Part shown: positions 1 to 13,738 of the stretch, piece after piece
How positions within the stretch are numbered: the stretch's first letter is position 1
How the letters are laid out: each line of letters begins with the position of its first letter
Source of the DNA: Lingula anatina
Lineage: Eukaryota > Animalia > Brachiopoda
Direction of reading: 5' to 3'
DNA: 64,000 bases
NCBI GenBank assembly: GCA_051362555.1
Contig: CM120647.1
Location: 10,230,001 to 10,294,000 of the forward strand
Made by a program: the position numbers and the translations under genes
The notes under the pieces: model-generated
What the model saw: the letters and a program-made list of their open reading frames with translations, nothing else
Told to the model about the DNA's origin: nothing
The model's database searches: none

Positions 1-120
1 GCCCGACTGCGGAGCCGCAGGAGCCGGCGGAGCTGCAGGAGCCGGCGGAGCCGGCGGAGCTGTACGAGACGGGCCGGGACTAAAACCATGAGTACCGCCA
101 GCGTATACGCTGGTGGTACT
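1..120 (-). mobile_element. 5' end of a Helentron-associated element (HINE), same family as 22691-25454; continues left of the window
   Basis: A (gcggagcc)n microsatellite is followed by gggactaaaaccatgagtaccgccagcgtatacgctggtggtac, a palindromic subTIR/IR matching the reverse complement of 22691-22780. Confidence 0.7.
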
Positions 121-870
121 AATAAGGGGTACTGGAAGAGATCAGCATTGGTCAGAATTGTGCAGGAAGTGATGTGTAGTGGTGTAAGACGTAAAGCTGA
201 GTGGTCATTTTTAGCTGGAGGTGAATGGGAATGAAGACGTGGGCTTGGAGAAAAAAATGCAGTTATTCTAACAACACCGTAAGATAAAATTTTATCTTTA
301 TGCATTTGGGGCAGAGAATACTTGTAGAAACAATAGGCACATGATATGAAAAGGTGTCACGGAACTTGAAGGTGCAAAATCGTACTAAATTTGCAGTCAA
401 TTTGTTTTGAAATACATGCTGCATCGACCGCCAGCGCAACAATAAGCGTAAAGGGAAAAGAATTCCCGGGAGGCTATAAATTGTTGTCATGTGGAATTTT
501 GGCACTTATGTAATCTGATATGTCCATATCTAAATATTTTTTGGTGTTTTATGATATGGCCTGCAATTATAACGATGTTTTATGATCTTTGGAGGACCTT
601 GTGAAAACCAGGAAGTAGTGCGCAACTAAGTTCCGTGTACCGTTTTGATATCATCTGCCTATTATTTCTACAAGTATTCTCTTCCCAAAATGCATAAAGA
701 AGAAATGTTATCTTACCATGTTGTTTGAAAAACTGCTTTTTTCTCCTAGTCCACGTCTTCTCTCCCGTTCACCTCCAGTTAAAAATGACCACTCAGCTTC
801 GCGTCTTACACCACTTGACGTCACACCTCCGCAATTCTGATCAATAGTGATCTCCTCCGGTACCCCTATT
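121..870. mobile_element. Non-autonomous DNA transposon / foldback with ~135-bp imperfect TIRs
   Basis: 121-256 (aataaggggtac...gtggtgtaagacgtaaagctgagtggtcattttt...) is the reverse complement of 737-870 (...aaaaatgaccactcagcttcgcgtcttacaccac...gtacccctatt). Confidence 0.75.
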
Positions 871-1017
871 GCATGGATAGAACTGTATAATTAGGTAATT
901 GCAGTTTGCAGCATACTTGCTGCAAATTTGAAGCACGCCTGACATTTTGCTTAAGGTAACATTAATTTTGATATTAATTCACGCTGCTCAAAGTAATAGA
1001 GTTATTACTGCACTTAC

Positions 1018-4000
1018 CACCACTCCTCGTTTGGTCAGTTCCTTGAACATGGCCTCTATGGAGCAAGAGAAAGCTAAAGAGAGCTGACAACCTCGCTGCT
1101 CAGGGTCTGCTGGTGTCAGTATCTCCACATAGGGCTTTTGACCAGAATTCTGGCAGCCATCTTTAGGCTTGGGGTAGAGGTGCTGGAGTAGCAGTTCCAG
1201 ATATCCCGTCAGCAGCTTGGACTTGGCACGAAGTTCCTCCATGTTGGTTTTGTCAAAGATCTGAGAAGGAAGAAGAGAAACTTGGGTGGAAATCTGAAAG
1301 TCTTGAGTTAGATTAGTGAACAAATATTTTTATATATTATAAATTGAGCACAGATATTAAGAGCTATTTTGGCATTAACTTAAAAAATATATCCCTCACA
1401 TAGTTAAATATTATTATAATTGTGATATCTTTTTCATTAATATGTAGTTATCAGGTTAGAGTTTTTCTTTCAATATTGCGAGTTCATTCCTAATCATACA
1501 GTTACATAGTTATATTCATGTGCACATTTTTAACCAGTACATACTGGTGCACATGATACCATAAATTCTTCACGTTTCTACATGCCAGCATCCATCTTCA
1601 CAGTTCTCAATGTGACAGAGCTACAGGATTGATGAACATGGCTGTTGGTATGTCAAAATATTTCATGTGAGTGATAAGTTTTTTTTTTCTAAAGTAAGAA
1701 TGCATTCAGACTAGTGGACTAAAAAATCTGCAGATCAAATATGGCTTCCCATTCAAAAGCCGCTTAATTCCTGATTACACACTGAAGAGATTCCCTGCTG
1801 GGATTAACCAACAAGCATTCAAGTGGGTCAGTTATATCTGATCCCCGAATCTGTTAGTCCACTGATCTGAAAGTGCTCCAACTTTGTGATAATTTTAATT
1901 TATGCTGTCTATCAAACTGAAAAAAAATTCAATCAAATTGATTATATTACCAACAAGAATGTAATTTAAGATCTTGTTTGAAGATTTGCAAGACTGACCA
2001 TAGAAAAAAATTACAATAATAAACATTGTATCCATCTATTTTACATACATTTAAACTGGCCTCCATGGCAGCACAGAGTAAAAAGGGTGGATTGGATATC
2101 CTGTAGCCATATACCCCTGGGGTCAGGTCCATCTCTGGAAAATGAGATTAAAAGATTATATACTGACAGTCAATGAAAACACATCACAAAACTTTCTTGC
2201 ACTTTTTACCGAGAATCGATTCTAACCATATAAACTAGTACAAATGCACTTGTTTGGTCATAAGAGAGTGGGCTGACCACTCCGATGTTTTAAATTTCTG
2301 CTTCAGTGATTTTGTGATCAGCCGTTACAAAATCATGCGTTTTTCCCATTTCATGATTGGTGTGAATCAGGTTCAGTAAATGGTGATTTATTAAGCCTAT
2401 TTAAAGTAGTTACCAAATCCAATATCACACATGACAAAAAAATCAGTGATGCCACGCCTGACACTGGAAGAGTGGCAGCGAGCCCTGGGTATGCTGGAGG
2501 CTGGCAGGGCCAAAGAGATTTGATCACGTGACCTTGCATTTTAATGACCTTTTCTGCGTTTATTTCACTTTGTGTGACTGAATAATGGGTCATGTTTCAC
2601 GCGATAACTGTTATTTCTTAATGTGCCAAAGGAACTTAAAATATTACTTGATAAATATAAAATAAATAATGTGTTTTCATTGACTGTCAGTATATAATAT
2701 GGTAAGGTTTGGGGTGGGGAAATACAAGATGCCTTTCTGTGCCACTTAAATTCATTTCAGGAGTAGGTCAAAAATCTTGACAGCATATCAAGATCTCAAT
2801 ACAATAATTCAATATCATCATCATTCAGTGCCGTGATATTGAATTTAGCATTGGCGATCATGTCTCTCCACATATCTTGGTCCCAAGTGGCTCTCAGCAT
2901 CTCAACCACCGTCTCCAGTCCCATCCAGGATACCACACCGTCTGTGATTTTTCCCTGTTGTCTTTTGTGGGTTCTTTTCCCATTGATTTTGGTTGTAGTG
3001 GTCAGATGCTCAAGACCCCCATTCCTCATAATTTTCCTGAAAAATTTTGCTTGTAGTTTTAGAATTTTGTTAAAAAGCGATCTTTTGGCATCTGTTTTTC
3101 TTTTGGCATCTGTTTTTTTGTTTTTCTATCAGTCCAAGGTATGTGCATCATTTGTCTGTAAAACTACATTTCAGTTGCTTCAATTTTCTTCTTTGTTTGC
3201 CTACTAAGGGTCCAAGCTTCACATCCATACATAAGAATAGGTTTGATATAACATTGTAAAACTCTCTTTCTTGTGATCATTGATATATGTTTGTTCGTTA
3301 AAACTGATTTCATATTATGAAAAGCTGCCTTTGCTTGAACAATCCTTGATTTTATTTCCCACCGCTGTGCCCATGGGCTGCAAAGCAAGTTCCTAGGCAT
3401 TTCAAAAGAGGGGTTAGTTCCGTTCCATTTGAGTAAATTTTACAGTCTGCTATTTCTTTCTTTCAGCTAACTACCATTACTTACATAAGTTGTTCTTTAA
3501 TGTAAATTTTTTGTCTCTGGAATCGTCCTCGGAAGTCCTGGATGTATTTTGCCCAGCAGTTAAGTATGCCTTCCTTAAAAGGCCTGTTGCAGTACATGTT
3601 CTTTTTCTTCCCTTCAACATTTTTGTATAGAATCTGAGAGTCAAACCTTAGGTGAATATCAATTTCTCTGCATTTATCTTCCAGCCATTCTTCCTTTGCT
3701 TTGTTACAGTTTTTGATTTATTGATTCAGTTTTTCATATTCAGCTTTGTTGTTCTTTGCTTCTCTTCCTTTGTCCATTAGAGTTAGAATTTCCTCTGTCA
3801 TCCATTTTTGCTTTGTTTCTGTTTTCTTTTTGAGTATATGTTTTCTGCTGCCTCTGCTTCTTCACATTAAAAGATTTTCCCAATTTTGATCAATTTCGTT
3901 AGAACATTCTAGACTTTCAAACTTATTTTCGTCTGAATCGCTTCAGCTGTGCAAGGTCCAGTCTTATTGCTCGTTTGCTTCTTTGAATAATTTTTAATTT

Positions 4001-5588
4001 GAGCCTTAATATTGCCATGACCAGTCTGTGATCTGTATATCAATCTGCCCCAGGGTATGTTTTTGCAAATAACATGGAGTTTCTAACATGGTTTTTCCCA
4101 CCATCTTCTCCAGGCTGTTTCCACTTCCATTTTCTTCTAGTAGGTTGCATAAACCAGGTGTTACTAATGATATAATCATTTGCCTGAGGCCATTCTATTG
4201 CCTACCCTCTCATTTTGCTCCCCCTATTCCATGAGGTCCGATAATGTCATCAATATGGTTCGCACCAACTTTGGTCTAGTTCTTTCTTTGCCTTTTCAAG
4301 ATCCTCATAAAAAGCGTCAATATCCTATTCGCCACTTGCCAAGGTTGGAGCATATACTTGTAATTGCCAGTATATGACTTCCTATTCAACTTCAATAGTA
4401 ACTATGGCTGTATCACAGTGTTGGAGACAGAAGGGACTAAAATGATGCCACATGACGGATGAAGCAGCAGCAATGTCCTGTCGTGAATGTAGTTAAGATT
4501 GCCACCCTGGTAAACTGGTGGATATCCACCACAGGATAACATTGAGATCACAGGTCACAATGTGTGTCTTATACACAGGATGACGGTGATCATAACCCTT
4601 CATTTAAGTTCTCTAACAGAAGATATGTGTGTAAGGAGACGGACAACATGAAGGGTTGTAAGGGAGTAGCTACAATAGCATGCTTAGGCTGCAAAATATG
4701 TTATATAGTTCGACTGTGTTCCACCTGTGACATTTATAATCACACAGGCAGTAAGGCAAGCCAACGCAGGATAGTCTCCATCCTGTCAGCACAGACGACA
4801 TACAGTAAGGAAGTAGTATAGCAGCTGGCAGTGATGGTGATGGTGAATGTGGCAGCTCTAGGTCAAGGATGGAAGAAGATGGTTAGAGTTATGACATATG
4901 TCTGGAGTGTGGTTATAAAGATGACATGCGGTAAGGGAGTAGTACAGCCGCTGGGAGTGATGGTGATGGTGAATATGGCAGCTCTAGGTCAAGGATGGAA
5001 GAAGATGGTTAGAGTTATGACATATGTCTGGAGTGTGGTGATAAAGTTGACATGCGGTAAGGAAGTAGTATAGCAGCTAGGAGTGATGGTGATGGTGAAT
5101 GTGGCAGCTCTAGGTCAAGGATGGAAGAAGATGGTTAGAGTTATGACATATGTCTGGAGTTTGGTTATAAAGATGACATGCGGTAAGGGAGTAGTACAGC
5201 CGCTGGGAGTGATGGTGATGGTGAATATGGCAGCTCTAGGTCAAGAATGGAAGAAGATGGTTAGAGTTATGACATATGTCTGGAGTGTGGTGATAAAGAT
5301 GACATGCGGTAAGGAAGTAGTATAGCAGCTACGTTTTTAGAAATGTCAAATGTCTCTGTAAGAATTTCTACTTTCACATCCTTCTGTCCTGGTCTCAGTG
5401 GTTGAGAGCATGCTATGGGTATCCTACATTGAGTTGCTATAAGCTTTTGGGTCATAGATCGAGTTGAGATTAGGCCTACAGTTGAGATGAGGCCTACATA
5501 CAACAAATGGATATAGGGGCTCTTGCAGTTTAGGAGGAAAAGTAACAATGACTTGACTAAAACCATATGTACCGCCAGCGTGTGTGTA

Positions 5589-5633
<45 letters not shown>

Positions 5634-7388
5634 CCAAGGAGAAACTTTAATCTATGTGAGGAAAAAGCAACGTATGAAGTAAATGTTTGGGATGAAACAC
5701 TGTTGCTTTGTAAATACTGTCACAAACTGGAAGTAGAAGACCCCAAAGATTACAATAGTCACTACAGGGTTATTATGCTGCACTACCAGGAATATATATA
5801 AATCTTCCTATTCAAGTTAAACAGTTCTCTGCCAGTTTTAGAGATATAAGGGACTAAAATGAAGCCACATGACAGAAGAAGATGCAGCCAAGTCCGGCCG
5901 AGAATGTAGTACAGATTGCTACCCTGGTAAACTGGCTGATATTCACCACAGGATAACACTGAGATCACAGGTCACGTCACAATGTGCGTCTTATACACAA
6001 GATGGGAGTGGGAGTGATGTTGAATATGGCAGCTCTAGGTCAAGGATGGAAGATGATTAGTTTTATGACATATGTCTGGAGTGTGGTGATAAAGATGACA
6101 TGCGGTAAGGAAGTAGTATACCAGCTAGGAGTGATGGTGATGGTGAATGTGGCAGCTCTAGGTCAAGATGGAAGAGGATGGTTAGAGTTATGACATATGT
6201 CTGGAGTGTGGTGATAAAGATGACATGCAGTAAAGGAGTAGTATAGCAGCTGGGAGTGATGGTGATGGTGAATGTGTCAGCTCTAGGTCAAGGATGGAAG
6301 AAGATGGTTAGAGTTATGACATATGTCTGGAGTGTGGTGATAAAGATGACATACAGTAAGGAAGTAGTATAGCAGCTGGCAGTGATGGTGATGGTGAATG
6401 TGGCAGCTCTAGGTCAAGGATGGAAGAAGATGGTTAGAGTTATGACATATGTCTGGAGTGTGGTGATAAAGATGACATACAGTAAGGAAGTAGTATAGCA
6501 GCTGGCAGTGATGGTGATGGTGAATGTGGCAGCTCTAGGTCAAGGATGGAAGAAGATGGTTAGAGTTATGACATATGTCTGGAGTGTGGTGATAAAGATG
6601 ACATACAGTAAGGAAGTAGTATAGCAGCTGGCAGTGATGGTGATGGTGAATGTGGCAGCTCTAGGTCAAGGATGGAAGAAGATGGTTAGAGTTATGACAT
6701 ATGTCTGGAGTGTGGTTATAAAGATGACATGCGGTAAGGGAGTAGTACAGCCGCTGGGAGTGATGGTGATGGTGAATATGGCAGCTCTAGGTCAAGGATG
6801 GAAGAAGATGGTTAGAGTTATGACATATGTCTGGAGTGTGGTGATAAAGTTGACATGCGGTAAGGAAGTAGTATAGCAGCTAGGAGTGATGGTGATGGTG
6901 AATGTGGCAGCTCTAGGTCAAGGATGGAAGAAGATGGTTAGAGTTATGACATATGTCTGGAGTGTGGTTATAAAGATGACATGCGGTAAGGGAGTAGTAC
7001 AGCCGCTGGGAGTGATGGTGATGGTGAATATGGCAGCTCTAGGTCAAGAATGGAAGATGGTTAGAGTTATGACATATGTCTGGAGTGTGGTGATAAAGAT
7101 GACATGCGGTAAGGAAGTAGTATAGCAGCTACGTTTTTAGAAATGTCAAATGTCTCTGTAAGAATTTCTACTTTCACATCCTTCTGTCCTGGTCTCAGTG
7201 GTTGAGAGCATGCTATGGGTATCCTACATTGAGTTGCTATAAGCTTTTGGGTCATAGATCGAGTTGAGATTAGGCCTACAGTTGAGATGAGGCCTACATA
7301 CAACAAATGGATATAGGGGCTCTTGCAGTTTAGGAGGAAAAGTAACAATGACTTGACTAAAACCATATGTACCGCCAGCGTGTGTGTA

Positions 7389-7429
<41 letters not shown>

Positions 7430-9009
7430 CCAAGGAGAAACTTTAATCTATGTGAGGAAAAAGCAACGTATGAAGTAAATGTTTGGGATGAAACACTGTT
7501 GCTTTGTAAATACTGTCACAAACTGGAAGTAGAAGACCCCAAAGATTACAATAGTCACTACAGGGTTATTATGCTGCACTACCAGGAATATATATAAATC
7601 TTCCTATTCAAGTTAAACAGTTCTCTGCCAGTTTTAGAGATATAAGGGACTAAAATGAAGCCACATGACAGAAGAAGATGCAGCCAAGTCCGGCCGAGAA
7701 TGTAGTACAGATTGCTACCCTGGTAAACTGGCTGATATTCACCACAGGATAACACTGAGATCACAGGTCACGTCACAATGTGCGTCTTATACACAAGATG
7801 GGAGTGGGAGTGATGTTGAATATGGCAGCTCTAGGTCAAGGATGGAAGATGATTAGTTTTATGACATATGTCTGGAGTGTGGTGATAAAGATGACATGCG
7901 GTAAGGAAGTAGTATAGCAGCTAGGAGTGATGGTGATGGTGAATGTGGCAGCTCTAGGTCAAGATGGAAGAGGATGGTTAGAGTTATGACATATGTCTGG
8001 AGTGTGGTGATAAAGATGACATGCAGTAAAGGAGTAGTATAGCAGCTGGGAGTGATGGTGATGGTGAATGTGGCAGCTCTAGGTCAAGATGGAAGAGGAT
8101 GGTTAGAGTTATGACATATGTCTGGAGTGTGGTGATAAAGATGACATGCAGTAAAGGAGTAGTATAGCAGCTGGCAGTGATGGTGATGGTGAATGTGGCA
8201 GCTCTAGGTCAAGGATGGAAGAAGATGGTTAGAGTTATGACATATGTCTGGAGTGTGGTGATAAAGATGACATACAGTAAGGAAGTAGTATAGCAGCTAG
8301 GAGTGATGGTGATGGTGAATATGGCAGCTCTAGGTCAAGAATGGAAGAAGATGGTTAGAGTTATGACATATGTCTGGAGTGTGGTGATAAAGATGACATG
8401 CAGTAAAGGAGTAGTATAGCAGCTGGGAGTGATGGTGATGGTGAATGTGGCAGCTCTAGGTCAAGGATGGAAGAGGATGGTGGGGAGAGTTACAGTGAAT
8501 GTCGGAACACTGGTGAAAAGTAGTGGAATCTTGGACTGTGCTGTGGGTGGTTGTATTGTGTGCTGACTATGATATATAAGAGACACACCAAAAAATTTAT
8601 AGCAACTCACTGTAGGGATCTAGGATACCCAAAGAGTGCTTTCAACCACTAAAACAAGGACGAAAGGATGCGAAGGTAGAAATTCTGACAGAGACATTTG
8701 ACATTCCTAATAACACATGGACCAACAAAGCCCAAAATTCACATAGATCAAGTTGAGATTATATGAGGCCTACATACAACAAATGGATAAAGGGGCTCTT
8801 GCAGTTTAGGAGGAGATGCGGTAACAATGACTTGACTAAAACCATATGTACCGCCAGCGTGTGTGTGTAAGAGAGAGAGAGAGAGAGGGAGGGAGTATGC
8901 GCGTGTATGTACTGCGCGTATGTATGTGTGTGTGAGAGAGAGAATGTATACAGTGTGTGTGTATGAGAGATAGTGTGTGTGTGTATTTGCGTGGGAGAGA
9001 GAGAAAGAG

Positions 9010-9042
<33 letters not shown>

Positions 9043-12000
9043 AACTTTGTGGATTCTTACAGACTGGCGCAGGACAGAGTTGATTGGAGGGCCACAGCAG
9101 TACGTACCAAGCCTTCTGTCAGATGATGACGAGATAGACAAAGAAAATCGTTCACTGTGAAAGACTTAAGAGTTGAAATGTAAAGAACTTCAGAAAACGA
9201 GTCGGGAAGATCTTAAAATGAAAACAGAAGGAAAACTTACCTTTTGATATCCAGGCACATAAAACAGTAAATTAACACCTGGCATTGATGAGATATAGAA
9301 TTAGTTTTAATGACCTTATATATAAACGTGATTGCGAATTTGTGTCAATAAAATGTTTTTTATTCATTAAAAAAATAAAACTACTTTATCCCTTTACTTT
9401 ATTTATTTCATTATTGTGATTGTTAGTTATACAAGTGTAATGGATCATAAAGTTGGTCTGTTATCTTTTCCAGACATTTGAGATTTCATGGATATTTCTG
9501 CATTTCACATTTTACTCTCACCACTACACTGTACTTTTTGATACAGAGTAACTCAAACCATATGGAAAACAAAAAAATGGACACCACCTCCAGTGTTGGG
9601 CTTGACAAGTTCTACCATATGCAGAATAAACAAGTTCTCTAGCATTAACAGTTTCAGAATGAGAGAGAGTTTTCAGTTTCAGCATCTAATGGTTGCTTCT
9701 CCCGAGAAAATGCACGGACTGACCCCAAACTCACAGAAATAAAAGATGATCCTAAGGACAATGCCTGCCCATAATATTATAGGTTAGGTCTGTGTAGTTT
9801 CTGAAGATTGGCACAAATAATTGTTCTTTTTTGCAAAAAAAAATCTCAAGGTTAAGAAAATTTTCACATAAGAAGAGCATATTTGAAATCTCCACATATG
9901 ACTTTCAGTCAGCCATCTTCAGAAATTTTCAGAAATTTTTATTCTTTCAGCTTGGGAGATGTTCAGCATTAAATTTTGCCAATTTTGGACAAGGTGCATT
10001 GTGACAAATGCCACACCTAGACCCACACACCAAAAAAGCCCAAAATTCACATGGATTGAGTTAAGATTATATGTGACCCACATACAAGAAATGGGGAGAC
10101 AAACCCCAGAATTTATTAGACAGACATGACATTGCTGAACTGTTTTTAGTAGATAGACAAACTACAAAGTTCAAAATGCTACTGTGCGGACTACTCATGG
10201 TTTGACAGATTGGTTCAACATTGGACAAGGTGATAGACAAGGCTGCATCCCCCCCCCCTACTTATTCAACATATACTTCAGACAAATTATGAGAGAAGCT
10301 CTTGATAATTTCAAAGGAAGCATTACAATTGATGGAAAAACTTTTTCCAGCCTCAGATATGCAGATGTAGCCAGAGACAGGGCCAAATGGAAAGAAGTGA
10401 CTGTGGCCTTATGTCCCACACGGGACGAAGAGCACTGATGACGATGACTGTGCATTAGCTGGAAATAGAAAAGACAAATGAGTGGGTACTGGACAAGATG
10501 TATTGCAAAGAATGACAACTCCACTCTATCTACTGAAAGAAAATAGCTTTTGTTGGACAAGACCCCAACCTCACAGAAATGAAAGATGACCCTAGACTTA
10601 AGCACCATCAAAGCCCAAAATTCTCATAGAACAAGTTGAAATTATATGTGACCTACATACAAGAAAAGGGGCTCCTGTAGTTTAGGAGAAGCAATAACAA
10701 TGACTTGGCGACGAATGCTGATCGGGACTAAAACCATATGTACCGCCAGCCTGTGTGTGTGTAAAGAGAGAGAGAGAGAGAAAGAGAGAGATTACTTACT
10801 GTTGTCCATGGTGAATCTGGTGGCTATTTTGTGTCCCCACCATCCCAGGAGCTTGGGGTAGTCATTGTTCATGTGTTTCTGGTGTATGAAGGCACCTGCT
10901 ATGGCTCCAGCACCTCCATTCATGTACTGAGGAAGGTAAAGGCATGTATGTGTGTATTTTAAATGTTAAATTAAATCTTTTATATTATATTTTTTATTTA
11001 TTCTATTCTATATTAAATAAACGTTAAGTTAAATTTCCCACTCATTTTCTTCCAAAATTGTTTCTTTCTCTCCTACTTACATAAATCTGTCTATCCTCCA
11101 GTCTCACTCTCTCTTTCTCTCCCACTTTATTATATGTTGTACGGCAATATGTTTTGTATATCAAATAGGACTCCTTAAAACTATTATACTTTAAAATTCA
11201 CTGTAGTTAAACTAGATGCAGCCTGATGTTACCAGAATGATTAAAGTGATAACATCTCTTTTTGGTTCGTATTTCACAATATATACGTTATTAACAACTC
11301 ATAGAAATATAATAAATTCTGTTTTACCCCCAAAACTACAGTTATCACAATTGTCATCAGAGCACGTAAACTCCATACATGGCTAGCCCCTTTAATAATC
11401 ACTTAAGAGACTACTACAAAAAATCAAACTTTGTCATTCATTAACTACTGGTAAGTATCGGAAAAATTTCATTTGCCCTAGGAAAAACATTTTTTGGGGG
11501 GCCAAAGTGAACAATTGTTATCCCCTTTATGTGAAATCTTAATTTACCAGGCATGGTGAGGTTTCATATGTGATTTGGTACAATGCAGGGGCCAGATGGT
11601 CTGGAAGTACAGTAATCTGAACTGGACAAAGTCCAGTTTTAAATGCAACCACAGGTAATATTCAATTTCTCTGCGAGGTCGTCCTTACCTTATAAGAGCA
11701 CCAGCAGGCGAAATCCACACCCCAGTCATGGAGATAAAGAGGAACATTTCCCGCAGCATGGGCCATGTCAAAGCCTACCACACACCCCTGAAATGTAGGA
11801 ATGATACCAATGATGTGTTCATATTAATAGTCACTGAAATGGACCTGGAGCAGATGAAAAAAACCTACAGTTAACACTGAGGTGCAGATTGAGGCCGTCT
11901 ACTGGGCCGACTTCTTGACAGGTATCTAATTTTTTTTCTGTAGGAAGATGGTCAAAAATGGAGGATGGATCAACAAAGGTAACTTGGAAGACTTTCAGAA

Positions 12001-13707
12001 AATATCTCTGGATTTGGATCTGACAATTGTGTGGTACTGGCAACCACACAATCTGGTAAACCCCCTTTTAGGGAACAGAGGCGGTAGTGCAAAAATTTTA
12101 ATGGATTGGGGGGCCGGGGGGAGTATAAAATTATTGATTCATGTTGTTGGTAAATATTGAGTAATTATCAAATGAATACTCACTTTAGCATGCCCTGCCT
12201 TAGTTATAGCTGCCACATTGAAGAACTGCCCTGTGTAATACTGCACCCCAGGAAAACACACCAGAGCAATGCCGTCTCCTTCCTGCTCTATTTTGGCGAT
12301 AATGTCTTCTGTGCGCAATGTTTCCTCACCCTATAAGAGGCGATTTAGCTGTATTACAATTTTCTTTCTTTTATAAATCATTTTGCTTCTTTAGAATAAA
12401 ATAAAATAAAAAATACTAAATTGATGCAATATATTGTACAATGCTGACACCAGATGTCACTGCGATAAGACATACAAGACAGACACCAGATGTTACTGTG
12501 ACAGAAGACAAGCTTACCTCTCTTGGTTCCATGCAAATCATGGCTGCTGCTGGATCATATCCACGCAGTCGTATCTGAGATTCAAACATGTACTAAAACA
12601 AAAAAAAAGAACTTGCCTTTAACTGTACTGTGTTGATCAATGATTTCATTTCTATTCAGATAATTCTTACAGTACTTCAAATTGGAATATCATTTATTCG
12701 GTGAAAAAATAGTTTGTGATTACAACAACAACAATTATGCTACTTAAATATTAATTAATTAATACATAAAATAAATGAATTGTTAAATAACTACATAAAA
12801 TCAACAAAGCAAATAAAGCAACTTAATAAAAAAATAAGACAAAAGAAGAAAAAAAAAACACTCATTATCCATGTAAAAATCCTTCACCTCACCCCCATTT
12901 CACTAACACTTACATGGTCACTAGGAAATGCTTTGCTTTCACACAGTATCTTATACCTCTGTGGGGTAGGCCTGTAAAATGATATCTGTGGAAAAAGAAA
13001 GTAAAATACAAATGAGCAACTTAACTTTCTGTGTTTTTTTTCTGAACTTTTACAAGTCAGCAAAAAAATAAATAAAATTTCTAAAATATAACTATTTTTG
13101 GTATGGTTTGTGGATTAGTTTTGAGCACGTATACATAAATGTGTATCTGTAAATCTAATCATGAATTGCTCATGTGTAAGTGTATGTATGGGTACATTCC
13201 CAGAGTTTTAGATCGATCCAGAGAGTAAGATAGATCCAACTCCCTGGATGTTCACACTATATTGCAGTCAGTCGAGCGCGCGCCATAGTTAATTACCCCC
13301 TTACAGCTTTTAGTAGGCGAGACAGACACTTAAGCCGGCTAAGCTGACAGTAATCTAGTGAGACTCCCCGCAGGGATAGATCGATCTAAAATCTATGGGA
13401 ATGGGGTCTATGTGTGTGCACGTGTTTGCTACGTGACCTTACCATCATTATTGCTACGTGACCTTACCATCATTATGTGCATGTTCACAGTCAATCCATT
13501 CATTAAGGCTATCTCCCCCTTTTTGGCACCTAAATCATATAAAAATACTTGTTTGTATTGTAAAGTAGTACATTCTTTAATACCATATTTCCTCTTGTTT
13601 ATTAACTTACTTATCATTGTTTTAATATTTGACCCAGGGAAATTATCTGGCAATGCATTATCGTGGTTGTCCCAGGCAAACGTGGTTACTTTATGTATAA
13701 ATCTTAA

Positions 13708-13738
<31 letters not shown>

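Noticed and set aside
4831-7125. Repeated 80-aa ORFs [17 protein letters not shown]... as a peptide gene family
   Set aside because: These are translations of the 126-bp satellite from GTG starts. The array has recurrent stops in all frames examined.
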